Assembly (NCBI GenBank): GCA_964019425.1
Contig: OZ025788.1
Location: 310,001-374,000 of the forward strand
Reading direction: 5' to 3'
DNA length: 64,000 nucleotides
DNA from: Flectonema sp. DT1601
Taxonomy: Eukaryota
Made by a program: the position numbers and the translations under genes. A model generated the notes under the pieces. That model was not told where the DNA came from. It was given only the letters and a program-made list of their open reading frames with translations, and ran no database searches. Positions 47,701-58,752 of this stretch are shown here, in pieces (positions within the stretch are counted from its first letter, which is position 1; the number at the start of each line of letters is the position of its first letter).

Positions 47701-50700
47701 CTGCTACTATGATGCAGCAAGCAACTTCAAATTTGGAAAAGACACAGGCAGCATCCTTAAACAAGTTTGAGGACGAGAAGAAACAACTCACCTCCAAGAA
47801 TCAACAGTTATCTACTACAATCCAGCAACTAGAAAAGTCAAAGCAGGAGACTACATCAAAGTTGGAGGCATCTCAACAATCACAGGCCGTGACCTCAAAG
47901 AAGTTTGAGGAAGAGAAGAAGCAACTCACTTCTAAGAACGAGGAACTGTCTGGAAAGATTCAACTTCTCGAGAAGGCAAAACAGGAGACGACTGCGAAGT
48001 TCGATGCTTCAGAGAAGGCGAAGGCTCAAAGCGCTAAGTCCCATGAGGAAGTGAAGAAGCAACTGACTACTAAGAATGAGGAGCTGGTAAAGAAGTTTGA
48101 CGAGGAGAGGAAACAACTCACCGAGAAGGTACAACTCCTGGAGAAATCAAAGCAAGCCACAGCCTCCCAGTTGGAAGCCTCGAAGAAATCCAATGAGGAA
48201 GTCTCAAAGAAGTTTGGAGAAGAGAAGAAGCAGCTCACTTCTAAGTTGGAGGCATCTCAACAATCACAGGCTGCGACCTCAAAGAAGTTTGAGGAAGAGA
48301 AGAAGCAACTCTCATCTAAGAACGAGGAACTGTCTGGAAAGATTCAACTTCTGGAGAAGACCAAGCAAGAGTCTGATTCAAAATACGCTGAAGACAAGAA
48401 GGACCTTGAGAAGTCAAAACAAGCCGCAGCCTCCCAGTTGGAAGCCTCGAAGAAATCCAATGAGGAAGTCTCAAAGAAGTTTGGAGAAGAGAAGAAGCAG
48501 CTCACTTCTAAGTTGGAGGCATCTCAACAATCACAGGCTGAGACCTCAAAGAAGTTTGAGGAAGAGAAGAAGCAACTGACTACTAAGAATGAGGAACTGG
48601 TAAAGAAGCTTGACGAGGAGAGGAAACAACTCACCGAGAAGGTGCAACTCCTGGAGAAGACGAATAAGGTCAAACTGGAAACATCACAAAATGAAAAGAA
48701 GACCAACTTAGAAACGATCACAAAACTAGAAACAGACAACAAGCAGCTGACTACGAAATTGGCAGCCTCAGAAAAAGCTAAAAGTGAATCTGCTCAGAAA
48801 TATGAAATCGACAAAAAGCAACACTCAGTTTCCCTCACCGAGTTAGAATACGAGAAGAAGCAGCTGACTGCGAAGTTAGCGTATTCGGAGAAAACTCTGA
48901 ATGAGTCAACTCAAAAGTTCGCAATCGAAAAGAAGGAACTAACCGCAAAGTTAACATCCTCAGAGAAAGCAAAAAGTGATTCAGCTCAAAAATTGGCAGC
49001 CGACAAAAAGCAACACTCGGAGTCACTGGCTAAGTTAGAAGAAGAGAAGAAACAACTGACAGCGAAGTTGGAATCCTCAGAAAAAGCTAAAAGTGAATCT
49101 GCTCAGAAATATGAAATCGATAAGAAGCAACTGACTACTAAGAATGAGGAACTGGTAAAGAAGCTTGACGAGGAGAGGAAACAACTCACCGAGAAGGTGC
49201 AACTCCTGGAGAAGACGAATAAGGTCAAACTGGAAACATCACAAAATGAAAAGAAAACCAACTTAGAAACGATCACAAAACTAGAAACCGACAACAAGCA
49301 GCTGACTACGAAATTGGCATCCTCAGAGAAGGTGACCAGCGAAGTGTCTCAGAAATATGAAATCGACAAAAAGCAACACTCGGCGTCGCTGACTAAGTTG
49401 GAGGAGGAGAAGAAACAACTGACAGCGAAGTTGGCAGCCTCAGAAAAAGCTAAAAGTGAATCTGCTCAGAAATATGAAATCGACAAAAAGCAACACTCAG
49501 TTTCCCTCACCGAGTTAGAATACGAGAAGAAGCAGCTGACTGCGAAGTTAGCGTATTCGGAGAAAACTCTGAATGAGTCAACTCAAAAGTTCGCAATCGA
49601 AAAGAAGGAACTAACCGCAAAGTTAACATCCTCAGAGAAAGCAAAAAGTGATTCAGCTCAAAAATTGGCAGCCGACAAAAAGCAACACTCGGGGTCACTG
49701 GCTAAGTTAGAAGAGGAGAAGAAACAACTGACAGCAAAGTTGGAATTCTCAGAAAAAGCTAAAAGTGAATCTGCTCAGAAATATGAAATCGATAAGAAGC
49801 AACTGACAAGCAGCTTAGAAACATTAAAATTACAACACGCAGAGGTGAAGAAGTCGAATACGGAATCTCTCGACAGGCTTACTGCAAAGCTCCGATCTAC
49901 AGAAGCTGAAAATACAAAGAATACTGACTTGTTGGGATCTGAGAAGAAGCAGCTGTTGGAAAAAGTTAATAAGTTAACCATCGAATTCCAGGAGTTGGAA
50001 GATGTTAATAAAATCACGTTGAGGAAGTTAGAGGATTTCGAAAAGTCTAAAATCGCTTCTACTCGCAGATTCGAAACAGAAATGAAAGACCTGTCGTCAT
50101 ATCAAAAAGACTTAACTGTGAAACTACAAAAAACAATGACAGACTCTAAGAACACAACAGAGAAGTTATCTAAAACAGAGGAGTCCCTCTCAAAATCTCA
50201 ACAACAAAATAAACAACTGTCAGAGAACCTGTCCAAGCTGCAAGCATCTGGGAAGGAGACCAATTCCAAGAATCAACAGTTATCTACTACAATCCAGCAA
50301 CTAGAAAAGTCAAAGCAGGAGACTACATCAAAGTTGGAGGCATCTCAACAATCACAGGCCGTGACCTCAAAGAAGTTTGAGGAAGAGAAGCAGCAGCTCA
50401 CTTCTAAGAACGAGGAACTGTCTGGAAAGATTCAACTTCTCGAGAAGGCAAAACAGGAGACGACTGCGAAGTTCGATGCTTCAGAGAAGGCGAAGGCTCA
50501 AAGCGCTAAGTCCCATGAGGAAGTGAAGAAGCAACTGACTACTAAGAATGAGGAGCTGGTAAAGAAGTTTGACGAGGAGAGGAAACAACTCACCGAGAAG
50601 GTACAACTCCTGGAGAAATCAAAGCAAGCCACAGCCTCCCAGTTGGAAGCCTCGAAGAAATCCAATGAGGAAGTCTCAAAGAAGTTCGGAGAAGAGAAGA

Positions 50701-53700
50701 AGCAACTCACTTCTAAGTTGGAGGCATCTCAACAATCACAGGCTGCGACCTCAAAGAAGTTTGAGGAAGAGAAGAAGCAACTCACTTCTAAGAACGAGGA
50801 ACTGTCTGGAAAGATTCAACTTCTCGAGAAGGCAAAACAGGAGACGACTGCGAAGTTCGATGCTTCAGAGAAGGCGAAGGCTCAAAGCGCTAAGTCCCAT
50901 GAGGAAGTGAAGAAGCAACTGACTACTAAGAATGAGGAGCTGGTAAAGAAGCTTGACGAGGAGAGGAAACAACTCACCGAGAAGGTACAACTCCTGGAGA
51001 AATCAAAGCAAGCCACAGCCTCCCAGTTGGAAGCCTCGAAGAAATCCAATGAGGAAGTCTCAAAGAAGTTTGGAGAAGAGAAGAAGCAGCTCACTTCTAA
51101 GTTGGAGGCATCTCAACAATCACAGGCTGCGACCTCAAAGAAGTTTGAGGAAGTCTCAAAGCAACTTTCTTCCAAGAGCGAGGAACTGTCTGGAAAGATT
51201 CAACTTCTGGAGAAGACCAAGCAAGAGTCTGATTCAAAATACGCTGAATACAAGAAGGACCTTGAGAAGTCAAAGCAAGCCACAGCCTCCCAGTTGGAAG
51301 CTTCAAAGAAATCCAGTGCGGAATTCTCAAAGAAGTTTGAGGAAGAGAAGAAGCAACTCACTTCTAAGAACGAGGAACTGTCTGGAAAGATTCAACTTCT
51401 CGAGAAGGCAAAACAGGAGACGACTGCGAAGTTCGATGCTTCAGAGAAGGCGAAGGCTCAAAGCGCTAAGTCCCATGAGGAAGTGAAGAAGCAACTGACT
51501 ACTAAGAATGAGGAGCTGGTAAAGAAGCTTGACGAGGAGAGGAAACAACTCACCGAGAAGGTACAACTCCTGGAGAAATCAAAGCAAGCCGCAGCCTCCC
51601 AGTTGGAAGCCTCGAAGAAATCCAATGAGGAAGTCTCAAAGAAGTTTGGAGAAGAGAAGAAGCAGCTCACTTCTAAGTTGGAGGCATCTCAACAATCACA
51701 GGCTGCGACCTCAAAGAAGTTTGAGGAAGAGAAGAAGCAACTCACTTCTAAGAACGAGGAACTGTCTGGAAAGATTCAACTTCTCGAAAAGGCAAAACAG
51801 GAGACTACATCAAAGTTGGAGGCATCTCAACAATCACAGGCCGTGACCTCAAAGAAGTTTGAGGAAGAGAAGAAGCAACTCACTTCTAAGAACGAGGAAC
51901 TGTCTGGAAAGATTCAACTTCTCGAAAAGGCAAAACAGGAGACGACTGCGAAGTTCGATGCTTCAGAGAAGGCGAAGGCTCAAAGCGCTAAGTCCCATGA
52001 GGAAGTGAAGAAGCAACTGACTACTAAGAATGAGGAACTGGTAAAGAAGTTTGACGAGGAGAGGAAACAACTCACCGAGAAGGTACAACTCCTGGAGAAG
52101 TCAAAACAAGCCACAGCCTCCCAGTTGGAAGCCTCGAAGAAATCCAATGAGGAAGTCTCAAAGAAGTTTGAGGAAGACAAGAAGCAACTTGCGGCTGAAA
52201 ATAAGCAACTGACTGACAAGACACAGAAAGCGAAGTGTGTAGCCGACGAAGAGAAGAAGCAACTCTCTGATACGATACGAACAAAGTCTGAAGAGCTTAA
52301 GAAAGTAAATGAGAGCATCCAGCTGTCTATAAGGAGTTCTGAAGAAAAGTCAAAACAATTTGAATCCGAAAGGAAACAACTAAACACAACAATAGAAAAT
52401 ATCAAAAAGGAGAAGTCCACAGCAGCCGACAAGTTCGACACCGAAAGGAAGCAACTTCTAAAGAAATTTGAGTCTTCTGAAAAATTAATGATTTCAAAAC
52501 TCGATGCTAAGACAGCAGAAGTGAAAAAAGTAGAATCTGAGAAGAAACTCTTGGAAGCGAAAACGGAGGCTTCTGAAAAGACGAGAATCGATGATTTGAG
52601 AAAAGCGGAAGACTCACAGAAATCACTCAAAACGGAGGTACAAAATAAAACTGAAGAAGTTGTGAAGTTAACAGATCAAAATAATACTCTCCTCCAAAAA
52701 CAACAAGAGAATGATGTCAATTACGAGATTTTGAAGAAAATAAAAACAGCTGAAGCGGAAAAGTTTTCAAGAGAATCCGAGCAGCTCAAATCTGATGCAC
52801 GCTCCCTACAGACTAAACTTGACAAGTTAGTAAAAGATCGTTTAGAAGAGAAGAATGCTTCTTCAAATCAAATTAAAAAACTTGAAGACTCTCTCTCATC
52901 TGTCACAAAGGCTGTCGATGATTTAATAAATCAAAACACTAAAGTCTCAAAGGATCTCACAACAGAGAAACGATCAACCCAAAAACTTCTCTCTGAGATT
53001 AAAGAACTAAAGTCAACAATAGAAAATCTCGAAAGAGAAAACTTGGCGTTAGAAAAGAGTTCAGACCAAGCAAAGATGGCACAAGTAATGGTTCAAGGGA
53101 AATTAAATGCTTTTGATGAGAAGAAGAAGAAAGAGATCGACGAATTACAAGAACAGCTCGATAAGGCAAATGAAGACATCGACAGGCTCTGCGAAAACAA
53201 TAAAATTGGAAAAGATGCCCAAACCAAGACATCAGGGAAGTACTGTGATATGCAGAAGGACAAAGAGAGACTCGAAGAAGAGTTGAGAGAAGTTAGAAAA
53301 CAGAGAGACTCAACAAAAAAACAATTGACTTCTCACGAGTCAGGTCTGGAAATATCTGAACTGAGTGACAAGTTGAAAGACTTTGAAAGTGAGAAAGTAA
53401 TGATAATCCGCGAGAACGATGATCTCGTCACTGAACTAACCACTAAAATAGAACACTTAACAACTCAACTTGAAGAAGCTCAAAACGATCTCTACGCTGT
53501 TGAGATTGACTTTGAAGATTACAAAAAGAATGAACCACAATTATCCAATGACACTGTTAATATTATTCATGAGCTCAAGGATGAGATTTCTTCCCTAAAA
53601 GATCAAAATTCGAACCTTCAAATAGAATCTGACAATCGTAATAACGAACTCCAATCGCAAACCTCTTCAACAGAACTCAAACTATCAGAGAAAGCTATCG

Positions 53701-54702
53701 ATACTCTTAATGAAGAACTTAAGTCAGCTCTGGCGAGTAATGTCGACGTTGAAAAGAAGTTATCCGACTCCAGAAGAGAACTGTCGAAGACGTCTGCAAC
53801 TGTGGCTGAGTTGAGAAAACAAATCACAAATCTAAATAGTGAAATAGAAATAGTTACCAACAACAATAAGAATGAACAACAACAACACACAATGTTGATG
53901 AACGACTTTCAACTATTGAAATCTGACAGTACTGAACTAGCAACACGAATTGAGAAAAAGGACTCTTTCAGCATGCAAGCAGCTGCAAAGAGTAGCGAAA
54001 CAATTCGAAAACAACAACAAGAAATTGAAGATTTAAAGAGACATCACAGCGATGAAGTAGAGAAGAGTACTCACAGACTTCAAAGTGAGATATTAAGAAT
54101 AAATACAGAACAAGAAGAAGGTAAACCTGATACAGTTGTTGACTCACTCAGACAGATAAATGAAATCCTAACAACTGATAAGCATGCTGCAGTTGGAGAA
54201 AATGCTAAACTTGCTCACCGAGTTCAGAGGCTTGATGTCGAAGTTGAAGATTTAAAAGTTACCCTCAGCGATCTGAAAGGACAAGTCACGGAAAGAGAAG
54301 TTGTTGTCGCTCGTCTTACCAAACATAACGGAGCTTATCGTAAAATATTAGACACGAAGCACGCTGTCCAGCATCGTGAATATGCTGAAAAACGTGCCAT
54401 GGGAGCTCAAATAGCCATCGCAACAAAGAAAGCAGAGACGATGAACATCCAACACCCAGGGTATGTTTAAATTAGTATTGTTGATCTTTATCATCTTTAT
54501 TATTGAAAATAATTAATGTACTGTCAAATAAAATACAAATAAAATAAAACCACACAGTCGCCTCAGTTACGGTAGTCGTGCCAGCTATGGCAGCAGACCT
54601 AGCATTGGTAGTCAGCGACTGAGTTATGGCGGACTGGCCAGCGTTGAAATAAAAAGAAGAAAGATCGATGAGGATACTGATGACGATGACCCAGACATTT
54701 AA
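41757..54702 (+). CDS. Giant repetitive coiled-coil protein (~4282 aa); join(41757..54460,54558..54702)
   Basis: 12.7-kb open frame, K/E/Q/S/L-rich. A phase-2 intron GTATGT (54461) to CACACAG (54557) adds GRLSYGSRASYG...KRRKIDEDTDDDDPDI*. Confidence 0.88.
44500..44780 (+). repeat. 129-bp (43-aa) coding tandem duplication, about 2.2 copies
   Basis: ctcat(t/c)gctaaggcaagtgaaacctcgacg occurs at 44511 and 44640. Confidence 0.9.
46905..52177 (+). repeat. Mosaic of near-identical coding repeat modules (25-, 39- and 46-aa units in larger blocks)
   Basis: Identical shadow ORFs recur at 47224/48097/50569/50953/51529 and at 48835/49507; EEEKKQLT recurs throughout. Confidence 0.95.
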
Positions 54703-55750
54703 AAAAACTTAGCATCTAATGTGGCTGTAAAATTTGTATTTTTTTTTTATTTTCTTTTTTCACCTTGTGTGTTAGCAATCTGTTGGTTGTTTCTTTAGAA
54801 TTAATTTATCAAAATTGGAAGTTGTCACAACCGACTGTTTCAAACTTGTAAAATGAAAACCTTCTTTTGGTAGATAAATAGCGTCAGTCAGAAATAAATC
54901 TTCTGAATGCTTGAATCCTCTCGGAGTTAGTTTTTTCTCCTTTACTTTTTCAAAGCAAGTACAACCGCCCTCGCCTCATGGTAGGGAAAAGAAAAAAGGT
55001 GTCCTTTTCCTGGCTTGTTCCCAGACTCTGATCTGAGAGCTTTCTCTCGATCCATTGTGTGGTGGTGCATGCCATGGGTGTACATGTGAATTATTATTTC
55101 TATTTAAAGTCTACTGAGGATGGACAAAAAGCTCTTCACTGATTTCCTTTTTAAATCGCACTGGCATAGATCAGGGGAAGCTAAGACACATTCGTCTAGA
55201 TTTTAGTTGCCTTCAATTATTAGTTTTTTTTTTTTTTTTTTTTACGGTACATACTTTCTATTTAGTGTTATTTTTTTCTTGGAGGGAAAAAAAAGAAAAA
55301 AAAAAAAAAAAGGGTGAAATTTCTTGTTCAGAATTTGAACTTATGCAAAAAAGAGTTTTGGTTTATGTTGTGCGGTGCTTTTGGCACGGCCGATTCCTTC
55401 TACGTTCTTCAGTCTTAGTTTTTATTTTATTATTTTTTTTTTTTTTTAAATATTTTTTTTTCAATTAGATTTTATCTTGCAAAGCCAAGTCTCCGCTCTC
55501 TTATAGAATGAGATGAAGAAGTAAAGTGAGCGATTTCTTTTTTTTTATTAAAATTATTATTTCCATTGAGATCTCATCCTTCAGATCGCTTATCCCGCCG
55601 GTGCTTTGCCGCCATAGAACCACAGATGATCCTATTACTCTAGTAGGGTACTAGTTTTTCTCGTTAACAGACAACACTTTGATTTCATAGTTGTGATGAG
55701 TTAGGTTTAAATATTCTCCTCCAGCGACATAACATAAAATAAAAAACAAT

Positions 55751-55982
55751 ATGCGTTGTAAAAGAACGACATCGAAGGCATCGGAAGGCGTAGCACCACG
55801 CAACCTTGAATTACTTGAGATGATGCACGCAGCAAGAGAAGATGATGCCACAATTGATGAATTGGTGTTGAAGAGAAGGTGTGTTTTTGTTGCTATTGGA
55901 AACTATTAGTTTTTTTTTTATTAAAAAAAAATATCACAGAAAAGTTGATTTGAACGAGGAATCTGATGAGGACAGCGAGTAG
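55751..55982 (+). CDS. Small two-exon protein (56 aa), absent from the ORF track; join(55751..55878,55940..55982)
   Basis: ATG after an A-rich tract, 61-nt GTGTGT...ATCACAG intron. Product MRCKRTTSKASEGVAPRNLELLEMMHAAREDDATIDELVLKRRKVDLNEESDEDSE*. Confidence 0.55.
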
Positions 55983-56547
55983 GCACTTCATCTGTGGTGA
56001 TGGCAGTAATATGTTTGTTTGAGGGAAAAAAAAAAAAAAAAAAAAAAAAAAAGAGTTTTCTAATAATAAAAAAGAAAACAATGTGGCTGGCTAATAACAA
56101 ACTGCATCAATGCTTGCACTCCTCAGCGCATAGTGTGTTTCATTCACACCCTTCTATGATGTTTTTAGTCGAAGAGTTTTGCTGCAAACAGTAAACCAGT
56201 TTTTTTCTCCCCATTTTTCTTTCCCCCCTTCTTCTTTTCTTTTTTTTTCCAGTTCTTTTTATGTAGTTTCACCGTGTCCAGTAGTTAAGTAAAATTGTTA
56301 CGTTGCTTGCTTAACGAGAGCGTGGAAATACGACAACAACAGAAAAAGAACGAATATCGAAAATTTTCTTCTTTAAAAAATAAATAAAAAAAATAAGAGT
56401 TTTTCTTAAATAGTAGCAAGTTCTGTTACGAGGGATTTAGGCAAATATGTTGTTGCGCTTCGATCTCTGTGGCTGTTGTAGAGCGAAGTCGTTGATGTAG
56501 ACCAAGACTCACCTTTTTAATTAACTCCAGTAGAACGCTAACTAATA

Positions 56548-57516
56548 ATGAATTTAAAGTCGGCAATCAGCTTCCTTTTAGTTGGAGCGACTACAGCGTG
56601 GACACCGTTAGGTTCACATGGTAAGGAATACGAGAAACAGATGCAGGGAGACTTGTACAGAATGAGAATCACAAAAAACGAAGCTCTGACGGGTGATCTC
56701 AATGTTCTTGCAAATGCGACACAAAAAGTTGGGAGTAGATGTAGTTCAGGTAACACCATTTCATGTGATCACAGTGAGATGACTATCAACGATCGTTGGG
56801 TTGGATACCAAGTCCCAATCGGAACAGCTCCAAAAGAAGGATGGCCATTTGTTATTCTATTTCATGGATGGGGTCTCATGAACTCTGAGTGGTGTTGGTA
56901 CGCTCAGAAGAAATGGAATTACGGACTTTACTACAAATCAGAAACAATAAAAAACTTATTAGATAATGGATTTGGTGTGATCACACCTGACTCTTCTAGT
57001 AAATTAACGTATTGGGATACTAATGAGAAAGAGTACGCAAACTCTGATATTAAAAAGTGGGACAGCAGTGCCGATCATCTTATTGTTGACCAGCTGTTAT
57101 CTTATTGTTCAAAAGGATCGTTTGGAAGTTGTAATGTAAAAGATGTTCACGCGATTGGATTCTCTTCGGGTGGTTATATGACATCGCGTGTTGCGATCAA
57201 TTATGGAATTTCAAAATTCCAATCAGTCTCACTAATGGCTGGTTCATTTTATTATTGTTACGGCAGTGATTGCAGTGACGACATCGCAAATAGCGTTCCT
57301 TCTTCAGTGTGGGACAATCATCCTCCTACATTATTCCTTCACGGTACTAAAGACAGTTTAGTCCCTGCTGATACTAGTAAGTTGTATTACAAGTACATTA
57401 AAGGTAAGGGAATTGAAACAAAAAGACTCACTACCAACGGCAAAGATCACCAATGGACTGCAAACGCTCCTTCTGAAATCTTAAGTTGGGTACAAAAACA
57501 TTCTTCTTCTAAGTAA
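56548..57516 (+). CDS. Secreted alpha/beta-hydrolase, extracellular mcl-polyhydroxyalkanoate depolymerase-like
   Basis: Signal peptide, YQVPIGTAPKEGWP, LLDNGFGVITP, GFSSGGYMTSR (nucleophile elbow), HPPTLFLHGTKDSLVP and HQW. Confidence 0.82.
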   Translation: MNLKSAISFLLVGATTAWTPLGSHGKEYEKQMQGDLYRMRITKNEALTGDLNVLANATQKVGSRCSSGNTISCDHSEMTINDRWVGYQVPIGTAPKEGWPFVILFHGWGLMNSEWCWYAQKKWNYGLYYKSETIKNLLDNGFGVITPDSSSKLTYWDTNEKEYANSDIKKWDSSADHLIVDQLLSYCSKGSFGSCNVKDVHAIGFSSGGYMTSRVAINYGISKFQSVSLMAGSFYYCYGSDCSDDIANSVPSSVWDNHPPTLFLHGTKDSLVPADTSKLYYKYIKGKGIETKRLTTNGKDHQWTANAPSEILSWVQKHSSSK

Positions 57517-58186
57517 GCAACCCGTTCAAGTTATTAAAATAATCTCTAATCGAGTTAGTCGATCGATGAGAATTGTTTGTTAGTCGACGTCAGGCTAACC
57601 CCCGTCTGTCTGTCTGTCTCTCTTGTTTTCCCTCTCTCACTCTCACGCTCTCATGGACTGAAGTAGAAAAGTACTTTACGAAACCAAAGTGAAATCCTCA
57701 TCATGGTAACGTATAAGCAGTCTTTCTTTAGTTAGAAAAAGAGCTCCTCCAAGTCTTTCCTTACAAATCTGTTGATCTGAAAATTCAGATTGGACTCTTA
57801 AAAAAAACTTTTCCCCTTTTCTCTTCCAAATATAATTACCGTTCGAGTGCTACTCACTACGCCATTGTCTGCGACGTTTTAATGTTTGCTTCCTTCTCTC
57901 TTCGAAGGGCATGTTCTGTTGTGTTTCAAGTAGTTTTATTTAATCTGACAGAGCTTTTGTAAGTTTCGATCTTACGTTCTGTTTTACACCACTTGCGTAC
58001 CTTTACGATTATTAATATTCGCATCAACAGGTTTTCGTGTTGACGTGTGCTTGTTTTTGTTGCTTTTCTCTACTTGAGTTTGTTTCCTTCTCGTTAGGAA
58101 GTGGAGAGTTTGATAATTATTAAAGTCTGATGGAATGATGTAATAGTTTTGTGATAGTCTTTTCATCTTTCAGAATGTGAGAACAC

Positions 58187-58576
58187 ATGAATTCAATTGA
58201 GAAGATAACACTTCTCGAATCCTTACGAATAGTCGCATCACTTCGTTTGGAACTCGCTGAGCGTGAAGATAATCTTCGCGGAGATGGACTCGCCTACACA
58301 AAGCTCTCTGAGTTTTATGATGCGAAGAAGATGGAAGCCTCAGCCAGAATAACCGCAGCGCAGTCTCTTCTTTGTAACAATCAGAGAATTACTTTACAAC
58401 ACACGGCTATCGAGGGAATGCTTCGCATTCAAATAGAAGCAGGTCGTGGAGTGCGAGCTATTTGTGAACTGTTTGCATCCCTCAGAGAGGAAATCCTTAG
58501 TAGACAACCAAAGAAAGTTTTTAAGTCACCTCCGACTGAACTTAATCCAACGCATTGGATCAAACAATTGATTTGA
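58187..58576 (+). CDS. Hypothetical protein (129 aa)
   Basis: ATG shortly after CTTTCAG; helical composition and coding-like base usage. Confidence 0.55.
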   Translation: MNSIEKITLLESLRIVASLRLELAEREDNLRGDGLAYTKLSEFYDAKKMEASARITAAQSLLCNNQRITLQHTAIEGMLRIQIEAGRGVRAICELFASLREEILSRQPKKVFKSPPTELNPTHWIKQLI

Positions 58577-58752
58577 TAATATGATCAGATCCGGTTGACT
58601 GTAAGTTAGAACTCAACTTCATTACAGAGAGTGACTTGTATAGATTTAGTAGTTGCATCTCATTTAAGGATTGATGGCCAACCAAATTACATTTTATTTC
58701 AACTCTCCCCACTCCCTCACAGCAGTTTAAAATAGAAACAAAACGAAGAAAG

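Noticed and set aside
46905..52177. CRISPR-like or transposon interpretation of the repeats
   Set aside because: Repeats are in-frame coding modules with no unique spacers, in a eukaryotic context.
42538..53890. Many minus-strand and alternate-frame ORFs over the giant gene
   Set aside because: Shadows of the purine-rich repetitive CDS; they recur with the repeat period.
41480..55048. Recurrent GAGAGCTTT(T/C) and GTGAC/GTCAC words in spacers
   Set aside because: Short words; by eye only modestly above chance, so a formal enrichment test is needed.
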